Assembly (NCBI GenBank): GCA_051294375.1
Contig: CM119266.1
Location: 6,155,431-6,219,430, forward strand
DNA length: 64,000 nucleotides
Origin: Paraspadella gotoi
Taxonomy: Eukaryota; Animalia; Chaetognatha
Reading direction: 5' to 3'
The position numbers were made by a program, and so were the translations under genes. This document shows, one piece after another, positions 45,435 to 57,359 of this stretch. The notes beneath the pieces are model-generated. The model was not told the DNA's origin and searched no databases. It saw only the letters and a list, made by a program, of their open reading frames with translations. Numbering within the stretch: the stretch's first letter is position 1; each line of letters opens with the position of its first letter.

Positions 45435-47414
45435 ATGTCGAGTGACGCGTCAGTGGCGCGCAAGTCCTCGCGCGCCTCGATCGAGGAGCGTCAGTGGCGC
45501 CGCCCCGATCTGCCCTCCAAGTGTCGGTGGGACGATCGGGAGACGACGGCGTGTCCTCACCGAAAATCTACGTCGCCCAACCTTCCGTCGGCAAAGGACC
45601 GCCTCTTCCCCAACATCCTTCATTGCATCGGCGACACTCCGATGGTGCGGATCAATCGCATCGCCGCCGACGCCGGCCTCCGCTGCGAACTCTACGCCAA
45701 GTGCGAATACTTCAACGCCGGCGGGAGCGTCAAGGACAGGATCGGGCGCCGCATGGTGGAAGAGGCCGAGCGGAGCGGTCTGCTCAAGCCCGGCGCTACG
45801 GTTATCGAGCCGACGTCGGGCAACACGGGAATCGGGCTCGCCCTCGCCTGCGCGGTCAAGGGATACAGGTAGTTGTGGAAGGTTTGTTGGAAAGGTTTAA
45901 AATATTTATCGTTCTTTTAAATATTTACAGAATATAAGATTAAAAAATATCACCACTATTGCTTGAGGAGTAAGCAGCTTAGCAAGTTAGCTAACTTAGC
46001 TACTTGGTCTAGTAGAGTGCTTACTTTGAAAGTTAATTTAGTTCATTTAAATTTTACTTTTATCGGCCTACTCTGCAACATCCCCCCCCCCAGATGCATC
46101 ATCGTGATGCCGGAGAAAATGTCGATGGAGAAAGTGGACGTCCTTCGAGCTCTCGGCGCGGAGATCGTTCGAACGCCGACTGAGGCGGCCTTCGACGCCC
46201 CGGAGTCTCACATCGGCGTCGCCGCTCGTCTCCACAACGAAATCCCAGATTCCGTCATCCTCGATCAATACACGAATCCTTACAATCCGCTCGCCCACTA
46301 CGACGCCACCGCCGAGGAGATCCTCGTCGCCCTCGACGGCCGCGTCGACATGCTCGTCGCTTCGGCCGGCACCGGCGGCACCATCACCGGCATCGGCAAG
46401 AAGCTTAAGGAAAAGTGTCCCTCCGTGCGGATAGTGGGCGTGGACCCAGTGGGTTCGATCCTCGCGCAGCCCGAACGGCTCAACGACGACAAAGGGTCAG
46501 GGTTTTATGAAGTCGAAGGCATCGGTTACGATTTCGTGCCTTCGGTGCTGCATCGTCAAGTCGTGGACGAGTGGCACAAGAGTCGAGATAAGGAATCCTT
46601 CATCATGGCCCGACGACTCATCCGGCAGGAGGGCCTGCTCTGCGGCGGCTCCAGCGGCAGCGTCGTCGCCGCCGCTGTCGAAGCCGCCAAGGAGCTGGAG
46701 GAGGGTCAGCGGTGCGTGGTCATTCTGCCTGATTCCGTGAGGAATTACATGTCCAAGTTTCTCTCCGACGGTTGGATGGTCGAGCGCGATTTCTTAGAGG
46801 CGGACGTCCCCGCTGATCTGGCCAACAGTTGGTGGTGGAACCTGAAGGTGTCGGCGTTGGATCTCAACGCGCCGATGACGGTGGAGCCGCGGATGCAGTG
46901 TCAACACGTGCTGGAGATCCTGGACCGGGAAGGGTTCGATCAGATCCCGGTCACCGACGCGGCCGGGGTTGTTCTCGGCATAGTCACCATCGGTAATCTT
47001 CTCGGCAGCATCCTCAACGGCAAAGTCTGCATGGGTGACCCTGTATCCAAAGTGGCCTACGCCAAGAGCAATCAGGTCTCCATGGGGGCCACGCTGGGCA
47101 AGCTCTCGCGCATACTGGACACGGAGCATTTCGTCATCGTGGTCCACGAGCAAAAGACTTATCGAACGACGGAGGAGGTCGAGTTGAAGAAGATGATCTT
47201 CGGAGTCGTCACCAGGATCGATCTGCTCAATTTCATCAAGAGCAACGACCTCGGGCGCGGTGAAGGAGATGGCGGCGGCAAAATGCGGCGTCGCGCCGCC
47301 GCAGAGGACGGCAGAGCAGCGAGGAAGGTGATCGTCGGCGTCGGTGGGGAAGGAAAGATCGAAGAGTGCGATGACGACGAGCGAGAGGAGGAGATAGGGG
47401 GGAGAGAGGAGTGA
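45435..47414 (+). CDS. CBS: Cystathionine beta-synthase (heme domain, PLP catalytic core, CBS-pair regulatory domain)
   Basis: Exon 45435-45868 has [12 protein letters not shown] and CPH (heme ligands), [27 protein letters not shown] and [12 protein letters not shown]. Exon 46094-47414 has [57 protein letters not shown] and [12 protein letters not shown]. One GT-AG phase-2 intron, 45869-46093. Confidence 0.98.
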
Positions 47415-47729
47415 GAGGGAGAGCGAGTCGCCGCGGAGATAACTTGTAAATGGACTATGGAATTCGGTTGTAATAAGAACTGCGAACTGGAATGTGGTTA
47501 TTTTTCGTTAACCAGTGAAATCAATTATTAATCCCGGTTTACACAGGGTAGTTTTTTTAGAGATGTTTATTCTTCTCAATACTCATATTAAATTAGTTAA
47601 TATTATTTTTGTTATAGATGTTCTTGTACCAAAATTTGGTTAGTGTTCTTCAAATTATATTCAAATCCCAAGGATTTTTTCTTTTAATAGCCTAATTTAA
47701 AGTTTTTGAAAAAAGTAATTCAGTAAATG

Positions 47730-47906
47730 ATATGTTATGTGTGATGCATCTCCCGACAGGTGGCGATGAGGGCTTTGGACCTGCAGTGACCACCGCATGT
47801 CACTGGCGTGTTTATGGCGACTCAATCACACTTTAAACAGCGTGAGGGGATTGTACCCGGAAATTACGGTTGGTGAACGAGTACTTGTCCAAGCCAATGG
47901 GACAAG
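47730..47906 (-). mobile_element. tRNA-derived SINE, copy 2 (diverged)
   Basis: Reverse complement reads ttggcttggacaag...ccgggtacaatccc...taaacacgccagtgacatgcggtggtcactgcaggtccaaagccc, homologous to the 40730 copy. Confidence 0.7.
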
Positions 47907-49264
47907 TTGAGTTTCACCAAGCTATACGGGAGGCGAATTTAGGATTAGCCACAATGTATTCCTCTGAGATGGTAAGCGTATATAATTTTTCATGTTATTA
48001 TTCCTAGTTATCAATATTTTCCTTAACTTATCAGTATTCCGTTACCATTAAAAAACCCGAAACCCTCATAAAGAATTGTAAGTCGATGTTTTTATTCCTA
48101 AGTTATGGCTTAGTTTGTGTAACTGTAAGGGAGTGTGAGTTCATCTTACCGCAACCCGTATGTATTGGTTCACATGATCAGCATCAAAACTAAATTCACA
48201 GTTCAAAAGGTTCATAACCATTTCTATTCATTTGCTTTCAAAATAAATCCACTAGTTTTTTTGTTTCATTTATAAAATTTATTTCTGAGTAAGAAATAAA
48301 ACACAGACGGTGTGAACAGTTAAAACCGCACTTGCACAAAATAAATTCACAGTTGAGTCACAATGTAAAAATGTTTTTGAGGAGCTCGGCCGTAAGCTGT
48401 ATGACGTATTTAATGAATATATTCTTTAATTTATTAGTAATGCGATTGGTAGGGAAACGATAAGTTCGGTTTAAATTCTGATTATGAACAATGTTAACTT
48501 CAGAAATAAACCTAAATCGATAAAGATCCGCAGGTAATGTTATGCTATCAAAACGATTCTAAAAATACGGTTATATCGAAGGAGGCTCGGTGATGGCAGA
48601 AAGGGATTTTCATATAAAATATAAAAAGTTTTATATTGAGTGTTTGAGAAAGACATTTAGCGTCGGACCTATTTAATCTAAGACTTTTTTTCGGCGTGAC
48701 GAGACTGCGTAGCGCCAAATCTCAACACCTGATCTACTAACTACTAAGGCGGAACAAAGTAAAAACTAAGAGTTATGTAATATAAATAATGTTAGAGCAT
48801 CCCTGTGGGATAGCGAAATTTTTAAAAATAATGTTTATTTTTTGTATAGTTAATAATATAGAAGCATTTAAAGTTTATCGTATTATCATATATATATATA
48901 TAGTATATATAATGATTAAATATATGATGGACAAATACTTTTTATATTATGGAACTCCTAATGATAAAAAGTGATCAATTTTGGCCCGCCTTACTAACTC
49001 CACTCTCCCGCAATACCTTCGAATTTTCTCCCCGCAATTTTTAACCTGTGTCAACTGAGCAAAGAGCAATTGGTTCGTCACCTTGGGAGCATTGAGCAAT
49101 GAGCAATGAGTAATGTCCAATTGTCCATTTCTCTTCCCCCACCCGTCTATATTCCCCTTTACAACTTTCTTATCGCTGGTACTCGGCTGTCTCATAGATC
49201 AATTCGATACCGTTAATTACCGTTATCCTCTTATCGACATTTTTAGCCCCCCCCCCTACTCATT

Positions 49265-52169
49265 TTAACACCGGCACCCGCTCAACGCGTCCTGCACGGT
49301 TCCGTTCTTGAGCTTAAAGATGCCCTGACGTCGGGCATCCCTGACGTTGGTGAGCCAGGCGCGGACACGGGCGCGGGCGGCCTCGTCGGGACTCCGCTCC
49401 CCGGATGTAATGTCGTCGTACGGGTCTTCGTCGTCCAAGTAGTGGGCGAGGGATGGCCTGGAGGACGAGAAGAGACTCTCAAAGTTAAGAGGTGGATGAG
49501 GCTTTACGAATTCTCTCAATATCATTTGGCATATTGCAGTAGACTAAAAACATTAGTTCGCTTTTTGTCTCCTTTTTTTTAATTCTGTACAGTTTTTGTA
49601 TGTTACTGAGTTACCCAGTTAATGTCGTATTTTGCGTATGTTACAAATTGTGTTAATGCGGTTTTTGTTATTAATTAAAAAAAAGATTTATTCCTCATTT
49701 TTATTGGTGATAATTGGTGGTATTATTATTTCATTGAAGTTATTGTCATTTTCAATACTCATTTTTCTACTGAAAACAAAAATTAGTTGTAAAAAAATTG
49801 GTGTCTTAATTTTCCCCTAAGTTCCTCGTCTAGAAACGGAGTTCACCTGCGATCTGGCTAGGTTGCGCCAGTATTCGATGGTGAGGTAATCGAAAGAGCA
49901 GGATCGATGCAGATGTTGTCTTTGGCTCGAAGTCTCGAAGTAGCGCATCCCAATTTCGGTTCGCCAGACGCGCTCCGGCCGCTTCGCGTCGACCACGGCC
50001 CGCTCGCCTGTAACCGAGGGGTTCGCCCAATTTCTTATATTTTGATTTGGCTTCAGCGTCGTTGGGGATTTAATGTTTATTTCACGGTGGTTAAATAATA
50101 TATTAAATAATTATCATATTTTCCTTTATTTTTTCGAAGACATTTTATTATTGTTAACTTAAATAAGCTTTTCAGTTTATATAAAGTGTGGAATCCTTAA
50201 CGCTCTTCTGTGGCGCCCTTTTCCTTACCTCTCGCTTGTCGACCGCCTCATGCTTGAGGTCAGACTTGGGGCCCCACGAGAACGGTCTGCTGACGTGATC
50301 GCACGAGTGGAACCGAATCTGCGAACACAGCCTTTTACGGCGAGGAAAGATTCTTCGCTGGTCACCGTCCGAACAGTGAGGATGATTCTCCATGCCGCGT
50401 CCTGGATGAGATGGGAAGGAGGATGAGATAAGAAGATTTAAAAATGGAATGGGATGGGATGGAAGAATTTAAACTTAAAAGTTTAATGTGATAAGATGAG
50501 ATGGGAGGATTTTGACGTGGGATGGGAAGAGGAGAATCATAGGATGAAAAGATGAAAATGGAAAATTTGGGAATCGAAATGGAAGATTTAAAGGAGGACA
50601 AGTTGGGATATGAAGGGACAAGAAGGGAAAACAGATATAATGGGAAGATAAAAGAATGGGAATATTTAAGTTTTAAATACCGTTTAAGATGGGATAGAAT
50701 ATCAATGATGAGACAATGATGTGGGAAAATGAGCGAAAGAGGATGGGCTTTCGTTCTTGCAAACAACAACAACAACACTCAAATTCCTCACCTGTAATAA
50801 GCGGTGATGATGCAGCGGTATCGCTCCTGACCTCCAGTGTCCCAAACTTGAAGCTTGATCTTTTTGTCTCTCCAGTGAGTCGTTTTCACTTTGAAGTCGA
50901 CGCCGACTGAAGAAGAAAAACCAGTAGAAGATATCGTGAAGATTCGATTGATTCACGAGGACGGATTTATTAGATTTATTAGATTTATAAATCTCGTTTT
51001 GGAAGACGAAGATTTAGTAGATTTGGAGATAAAAAAAAACGCGTTTGTTATTTCAAAATAAAATTTAAAAAAAGATTTTTTAATGAAATAAATCTAGAAT
51101 TCTGCAAAAGACGATTATGTTAATAAATATCTAAGTTAATTGATAATGCTTTTGATGAATAAATTTATAAAAAAACAAATTGGCGAAAAAAAGGGAGTTA
51201 TCTGATAATAAATCTGATAACTGTGTTCGAGGAAACCAGCGTCAAATACGTAGCGTCTCAGCCTTTATTTTGTCTCTCTCTCTCTCCTCTCCTCATCTCT
51301 CTCTCTCGATCTCTCTCGGTCAGGGCGGGGAGGCTCCGGGCGGTAATCCTGTATTGAGCGAGCTCATGTAGGTGCCATGATCTGGTCTGCTCTCTCTCTC
51401 TCATCTCGTCTCCTCACCCCGTCTCTCCTCTCTCTCCTCCCGCTCCACGTCGCTCCGCAATCATCGAAAATTCAAAGAAGTTATAAGCCATTTAGGCCCC
51501 TCGACAATTCCCTCCTTTTCCTTTTCTCCTTTACTTAATAATTCAAGAGAAGACGTTTGTTTCTTTACTTTTATCTTCCTTTCTTTTTCTTTTTTTCTCC
51601 TTTTTGTCTCAATTTCTATACTTCAACCGTTGGCTCCTGATTTTTACTTTTTTTTGCATCGCGATGTTTTTTTCTTTACCTTCGTCTGCTCTGCGAATCC
51701 GCGAATTCTTTTCGCATCAAGTAATCAACTTTCTCTTTCTTTATATCTCTTCTCTCGCTCCTATTTCATTTCTTTTCTATGTCACCACTCCTTTCTTTTC
51801 CTATCTGCTTCTATCTCCTATTACTCTGGCGTCTCATTGCAACACATTTCTCAACTCTCATTGCCTCCACTTGTCTCACTTACTTTCATTCTCTCATCAA
51901 CCTTACCTTTTCCCGTTCCAACTCCACCTTTCCGACCGCCAACCCCTTTTCCTCACCTTCCCCACCTCCTCAAACTCACCCGTGCTGACGAACTGAGGAT
52001 AGAAGACATTGTCCGTGTAACGAAAGAGAAAGGATGTCTTTCCGACGTTTGAATCTCCGACGATGAGCAGTTTAAACATGTAGTCGAAGTTTTGATCGGC
52101 AGCGTCGTTGGCTGCGCCGCAGGGTAGGCCGTCTCTGCCACGGGGCCCGCGGCGTCGTGCACGCGTCCG
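49265..52169 (-). CDS. RAB3: Divergent Rab3-like small GTPase; two middle exons are frameshifted in this assembly
   Basis: Exons 52169-51980 ([30 protein letters not shown]...FVST), 50906-50792 (VGVDFKVKT...[23 protein letters not shown]), 50401-50229 and 50007-49847 (recognisable SEESF, KSD and YFETS motifs but with indels) and 49457-49265 (ends GCRC*, CXC prenylation). Candidate upstream exons at about 52520-52416 and about 53775-53335 do not join in frame as assembled. Confidence 0.85.
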
Positions 52170-52647
52170 CTGGTTTTTTAGAAGGGGGGGGGAGTGAGGG
52201 GGAAGTTGTTGTGGGGGGGGGTAAGGATTTTCGTTAGAGAGGAAAAGTATGGAACCGAGAGTTAAAGGAACTGAGGAAGGAAGAAAGAAAGGAAGGAAGG
52301 AAGGGATGAAGGAAGGAGAGGAAGGAAGGAAGGGATGAAAAAAGGAAAGGAAAGAAAGAGAAGGGATGGAAAGGAAGGAAGGAAGGCACACGAAAGGAGA
52401 TTCGTGACTGACTGACCAAAAAATCTCGCTGTTGAGGCGAAGCACGGAGTCGCGATTTCCGAAGACGACGAGCGACTGGAGACGGCGCCGATTCGTCCGC
52501 GACGAGAATCTTTGCAGACTCCTTGGGGGGGATTTAATAATACAAACATCAATAATCGCAGAAATTACTATAATTATATAAATAACTATAATTAAAGGAA
52601 CCGAGGTCTACACGTATATAAATCAATTATTAGGCGGAAAATCGAGC

Positions 52648-52723
52648 GTCACGTGATCAGATTTCGACTTCGAATCACGTGATCACGTCACCTGATTACA
52701 CCCAATCAGCGTCGTCAACGTCA
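52648..52723. promoter_or_regulatory. Cluster of E-box/CLEAR-like and CRE-like motifs plus CCAAT upstream of the Rab3-like coding exons
   Basis: GTCACGTGA 52648, TCACGTGA 52675, TCACGTCA 52683, TCACCTGA 52688, CCAATC 52702, ACGTCA 52718. Confidence 0.5.
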
Positions 52724-54191
52724 TCACGCTTCGTTTTCAGTCTGGTGATTACGAAAATTCTTCGTCTTCGTCGTTCGTGACTTTTCACAAGAGTCACTAT
52801 TCACAAAACGGGCGCGTGAATTGAATTGAGGCTTTTGTGATTCTCTCCTGATTATTGATTTCACATCGATGTACTTAAATTTTAAAATCTTGTAAATTGT
52901 AGATTGTAAAATCTTTAAGTTGTAAATTCAAATTACGTTTTCGCCCGTCGTTGATTTTTAATTAATTAGTTTTTTTTTTTATCAGCTTTTTTACAGAGAG
53001 GAAGAGAAATAATTAGCTTCATGAAATTCCAATCGATGCTAATTTCGTTAAAAGCGCATTTAATGCAAAATAATTATTTCAATGATTATCATCTTCAAAA
53101 CAACTTTTTTTGTTTCGTCAAATTTGAATGAAAACCAAAACTAAATCATGTTATATTTAATGAAAGCCCTTAAAACAAAATTAAAGATAAAATTAAAGTT
53201 ATATAAAATTTTAAGAATTAGTCAATAAAAACCCAAAATTCTTTAAAATTTAAATAAAATAAAGGAGAGATAAATGTCAAGTTTCATTTTTTAGTAAATT
53301 TAAAATGTTTAATTTACAATTAATACTCAACTTACCGTCCTCCTTGCATCCCTCCTCCGATTCTTTGCGATTCTTTATTCTGACGATTTCCTTGTCTCTG
53401 TCTCTCTCTTTGTCTCTGTCTCTATCTTTGTCTCTGTCTCTCTCCTCGGTTTTGTTGCTCTTCGCCGAGAGATTGGAGAAGAGACTGTTTTTACTGTTTT
53501 GGTTGAGGAGAGGGGGACGCGTTCGCGACGCCGGTCCGCCAGCGCTCGGCGTCGTCATTATTGTCGTCATCGTCGTCGTCGCCGGAGGAGTCAGTAACGT
53601 AGGCGAAGGAAGCGCTCGATAAACGGCCGATTGGTGTGCGCTTTCGATCGCGGATGTATGAAGTTCCTCTTCAGGAACGGCCGACTAGAATTCCCGCCGC
53701 AGCGGAGCAGGAACGGCGAGATAAAAATCGATCCTCTCGGCGACGGAGTCTGGGAGAAACCCGCGCTGTGAAATCGCTGCTAAAGAAGAAAACAGAAAAA
53801 GGATGCATTGAGGAAATTTTCGCGAAGAAATATTTGAAGTTGAAAATGTACATGTTAGAGGAGAGTCGAATCTAATATACATTTAAAAATAAATAAATTC
53901 ATATATTTATCCTTATTACTTAATTAAAAGGAGTGAGAGATGGTAAGAAAAATAACCGAGATGGCATAAAAAAACAGAGATGGCAAAAATTAGGAGAAGC
54001 GGAACAAAGATGCGAGAGAAAACGGAATCGGAAGACGACGACGACGACGATGATGACGACGATGATGACGATGACGACGATGATGAAACCGGTTCTTCTA
54101 AGTCTTCTATTTTTGAAGAAAATTTTAATTTTCTCGGCGAAGACAAAAAAGTAAATAGAAAATTAGGTTGAAGAGAAAAAGAAACGAAAAA

Positions 54192-54305
54192 ATGAATGAC
54201 AAATATGAATCCGTTCTAAATGACAAATATGAATCCGTTTTGAATGACAAATATGAATCTGTTTTGAATGACAAAAATGAATCCGTTTTGAATGACAAAA
54301 CTGAA
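54192..54305 (+). repeat. 24-bp minisatellite (aatgacaaatatgaatccgttttg), about 5 copies
   Basis: Directly visible. Confidence 0.9.
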
Positions 54306-54661
54306 TATATTTAATATATGATATCATCATCTAATTTAGGTTAACTTGTGTCTAACGAATATTTCTACATACATTATCCGATTTGTAAAAAAATGTTTTA
54401 GAAATAGTTATAACGATTATTATCAAAATATGAATATTACGGTATTTATAGTTTCACTAAAACGAGTTAAGATTGACACAAAAAAAAGCGAATTTTCCCT
54501 TTCAAATTTTGATTATTATTTATTCGTTGTTGTAGTCGTCGTCGTCGTCGTCGTCGTCGATGCAAATACACCATTAATATTTGCATTTTTTTTAAGTATC
54601 TAATTTTGCTTTTAATTTTGTTGACAATTTTTGTTTTTTTTTTTTTTTTTTTGTCAAGACA

Positions 54662-54729
<68 letters not shown>

Positions 54730-55263
54730 GAGCGCGCGTAAAAAAATCGCCGTTGTTTGCTTGGTGATTTCAATTACGAGATGCCAATTTTCCAAGACCT
54801 GGACTTGCACGCTAAGTATAAGATATAAGATATAAGATTTACTTATAGTGAAGCCTCTTTTGATTGGCGATGAAACGAAAAGTAAATCAAGGAAACGAGA
54901 AAAATACAACGTCTACGACTGATGGTATCAAGGATCAAAACCGACGAAATTGTGAATCGTGAATATTAAACTGTGAATATTAAAGAGCCAATCGACGCAT
55001 CCAAGTTTGCATCTCGGAATCTCAGATGACGTTTGATATACGGCTGAGAAAGGACGCGCATGAATTTGCTCCACCTTTCGTCAGAAAAAAAGGAAAAAGA
55101 GAAAGAGTTGATCTAAAAGGAAATGTCATCCAACGCGCAAAAAGACGAACGGACGTCGTGACGCGACATTTTCGACGCGCGACGCCGTCGTGGAACATCG
55201 TGACGCAAAGACGCGAGATGAAGAGATTCTCTCTCGCGAGAGGAGATGAACGACGAAAGACGA

Positions 55264-55530
55264 AGGACGACGAAGATGACAACGACGATATTGACGACGA
55301 TAGCGATGACGTCTATCGATGATGACGACGACTATAGTGACGACGAATGACGACAACGACGATATTGACGACGATAGGGATGACGACTGTCGATGATGAC
55401 GACGACGATAGCGACGACGAATGACGACAACGACGATATTGACGACGATAGCGATGACGACTGTCGATGATGACGACGACTATAGTGACGACGAATGACA
55501 ATGACGACGACGATGATGACAACGACGAAG
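55264..55530 (+). repeat. Degenerate (GAC/GAT)n tract with a higher-order unit of about 75-80 bp, three copies
   Basis: gacaacgacgatattgacgacgatag recurs at about 55278, 55352 and 55426. Confidence 0.85.
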
Positions 55531-55819
55531 AATAAAGAGGTTGACGATGACAGACGAATGACAAAGGCGAATGAAGGATGACGGCGATTTAACGATAATA
55601 ATGAAGATGACGACAATAAATGACAAAATTTCAATGTATTACTCTCATAATGCTGACAATGACATCAATTATGATTTCGACGATTGACAATGACGATGCT
55701 GACGATAGCGACAAATACGATTATAAAAAGGATACGACGATGACAATGTCATCTATGAGCGCGACAATTTCGATGGCCACTAAGATATCGGTAAATGACG
55801 ACGCTTAACGTTGATCGAC

Positions 55820-56153
55820 GAAGATGACGACGCCAATGGCATCTGCAAATAAAGATGCCATCTGTCGATGCCAATGGCATCCGCAAATGCGGACAACGAT
55901 GCCATCTCTCAAAGATAACGACGCCAATGGCATCTGCAAATGAGGATGCCATCTGTCGAAGATGACGATGCCAATGGCATCTGCAAATGAGGATGCCATC
56001 TGTCGAAGATGACGACGCCAATGGCATCTGCAAATGAGGATGCCATCTGTCGAAGATAACGACGCCAATGGCATCTGCAAATGAGGACAACGATGCCATC
56101 TGTCGAAGATGACGACGCCAATGGCATCCGCAAATGAGGATGCCATCAGTCGA
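55820..56153 (+). repeat. 47-bp (variant 53-bp) tandem repeat with an internal hairpin, about 7 copies
   Basis: Unit gatgacgacgccaATGGCATCtgcaaatgagGATGCCATctgtcgaa. Confidence 0.92.
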
Positions 56154-57306
56154 CGATGACGAGAACGACTACGATAATGAAGACGACGATGGGAGAGAAA
56201 TCGATAAAAAAAAAAGAGATTGCAAAAGATGATGACGGCGATGATGACAACGATGGAGACAATTACAATGACGAATGACAATCAAGAGACGCAATTTATT
56301 TGCCACGATTACAATAAATATATTTTTAGCGAATATGATAATTGAAACTTATGTTTTAGTCCTATGTATTATTGGCAATCATCGTAATATAAATTCGAAG
56401 TAAAGGTGATAAACATTAAATAGAGTCAACAACAAAAACAAACGCGAAAAAATGTTTTAATCGAGACGACGATAAACGACGACGACGACAACGACGATGA
56501 GGACGACGACGACAACGACGACGACCTTGTCCAAATGGAGGTAGTAACGCGAAACGATTCAGACTAAAAGCGACCATCGGCGATAAAGATAAGAGATGTT
56601 TTGTTTTGTTTACTGATTAGAAAATCAAACTCAATTTGCAATGACCTTAAAAAGTTTGCCTACAACTTTTTGGCGAACTTTTTACACATCGGATATCGTA
56701 TGGAATTGGTTTTTTTTTTTTTTTTTTGGAATCTGATTTTTTTATTACTCAACTTATAAAACGACGTTATAATTTAATTAGTGTTTAGATTCGGCGGAAA
56801 TGGTTCATTGCGTGCGTGCGTGCGTGAGTCTCCGATCTGATTTATTTGGCAGAAAACTCGTCACAAAACCGCGAGAGCTCCAGCTTAACTCTCAGGGAAA
56901 GAAGCACAAATATCAGTCTTTTCCAGATTGGCAACATCAGAGAATTCTCAGAGAGCAACACTGAAAAACATCTTCTTCTGACAATTTCCTATTTCCAAAT
57001 TACAGATGAAACGATTGTTAGAAAAAAAAAGGTTAAATTATCAAAGGATTAAGACGAAAATCTCTTCTAATTAAGACTTAAGTCCCTGATTCGATTTCAG
57101 TCGGATTCTTTCTTAATTCAGGGGACAAGTTACTTTAATTAGTGGGTGATTTCGTCTAAATTAGGTTTTTTTTTTTTGTTTATGACAATTGCAAAATTAC
57201 TTGTTTCACTATCTATAGTTTTTTTTTAGATTTTAAATTTTTTATTAACGATTTTATTAATTTCTTTTCTTTATATTCAATTTCTATAATTTACTACTCT
57301 GAAAAG

Positions 57307-57359
57307 GCACGGGACTCTTAATCCCGGGGTCGTGGGTTCGAGCCCCACATTGGGCGCCA
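57307..57359 (+). pseudogene. 5'-truncated tRNA-Lys(CTT) copy ending in encoded CCA
   Basis: gcacgggactCTTaatcccggggtcgtgggttcgagccccacattgggcgCCA matches the anticodon arm through the acceptor end of eukaryotic tRNA-Lys(CTT). The 5' acceptor strand and D arm are absent. Flanked by the direct repeat ctctgaaa (57297-57304 and 57360-57367). Confidence 0.85.

Noticed and set aside
55749-56281. Possible CRISPR array, or repeat-protein ORFs on the minus strand
   Set aside because: Units are contiguous with no unique spacers, there are no cas genes, the context is eukaryotic, and the 47-bp unit is not a multiple of 3.
57307-57359. Functional tRNA-Lys gene
   Set aside because: The 5' acceptor strand, D arm and A box are missing.
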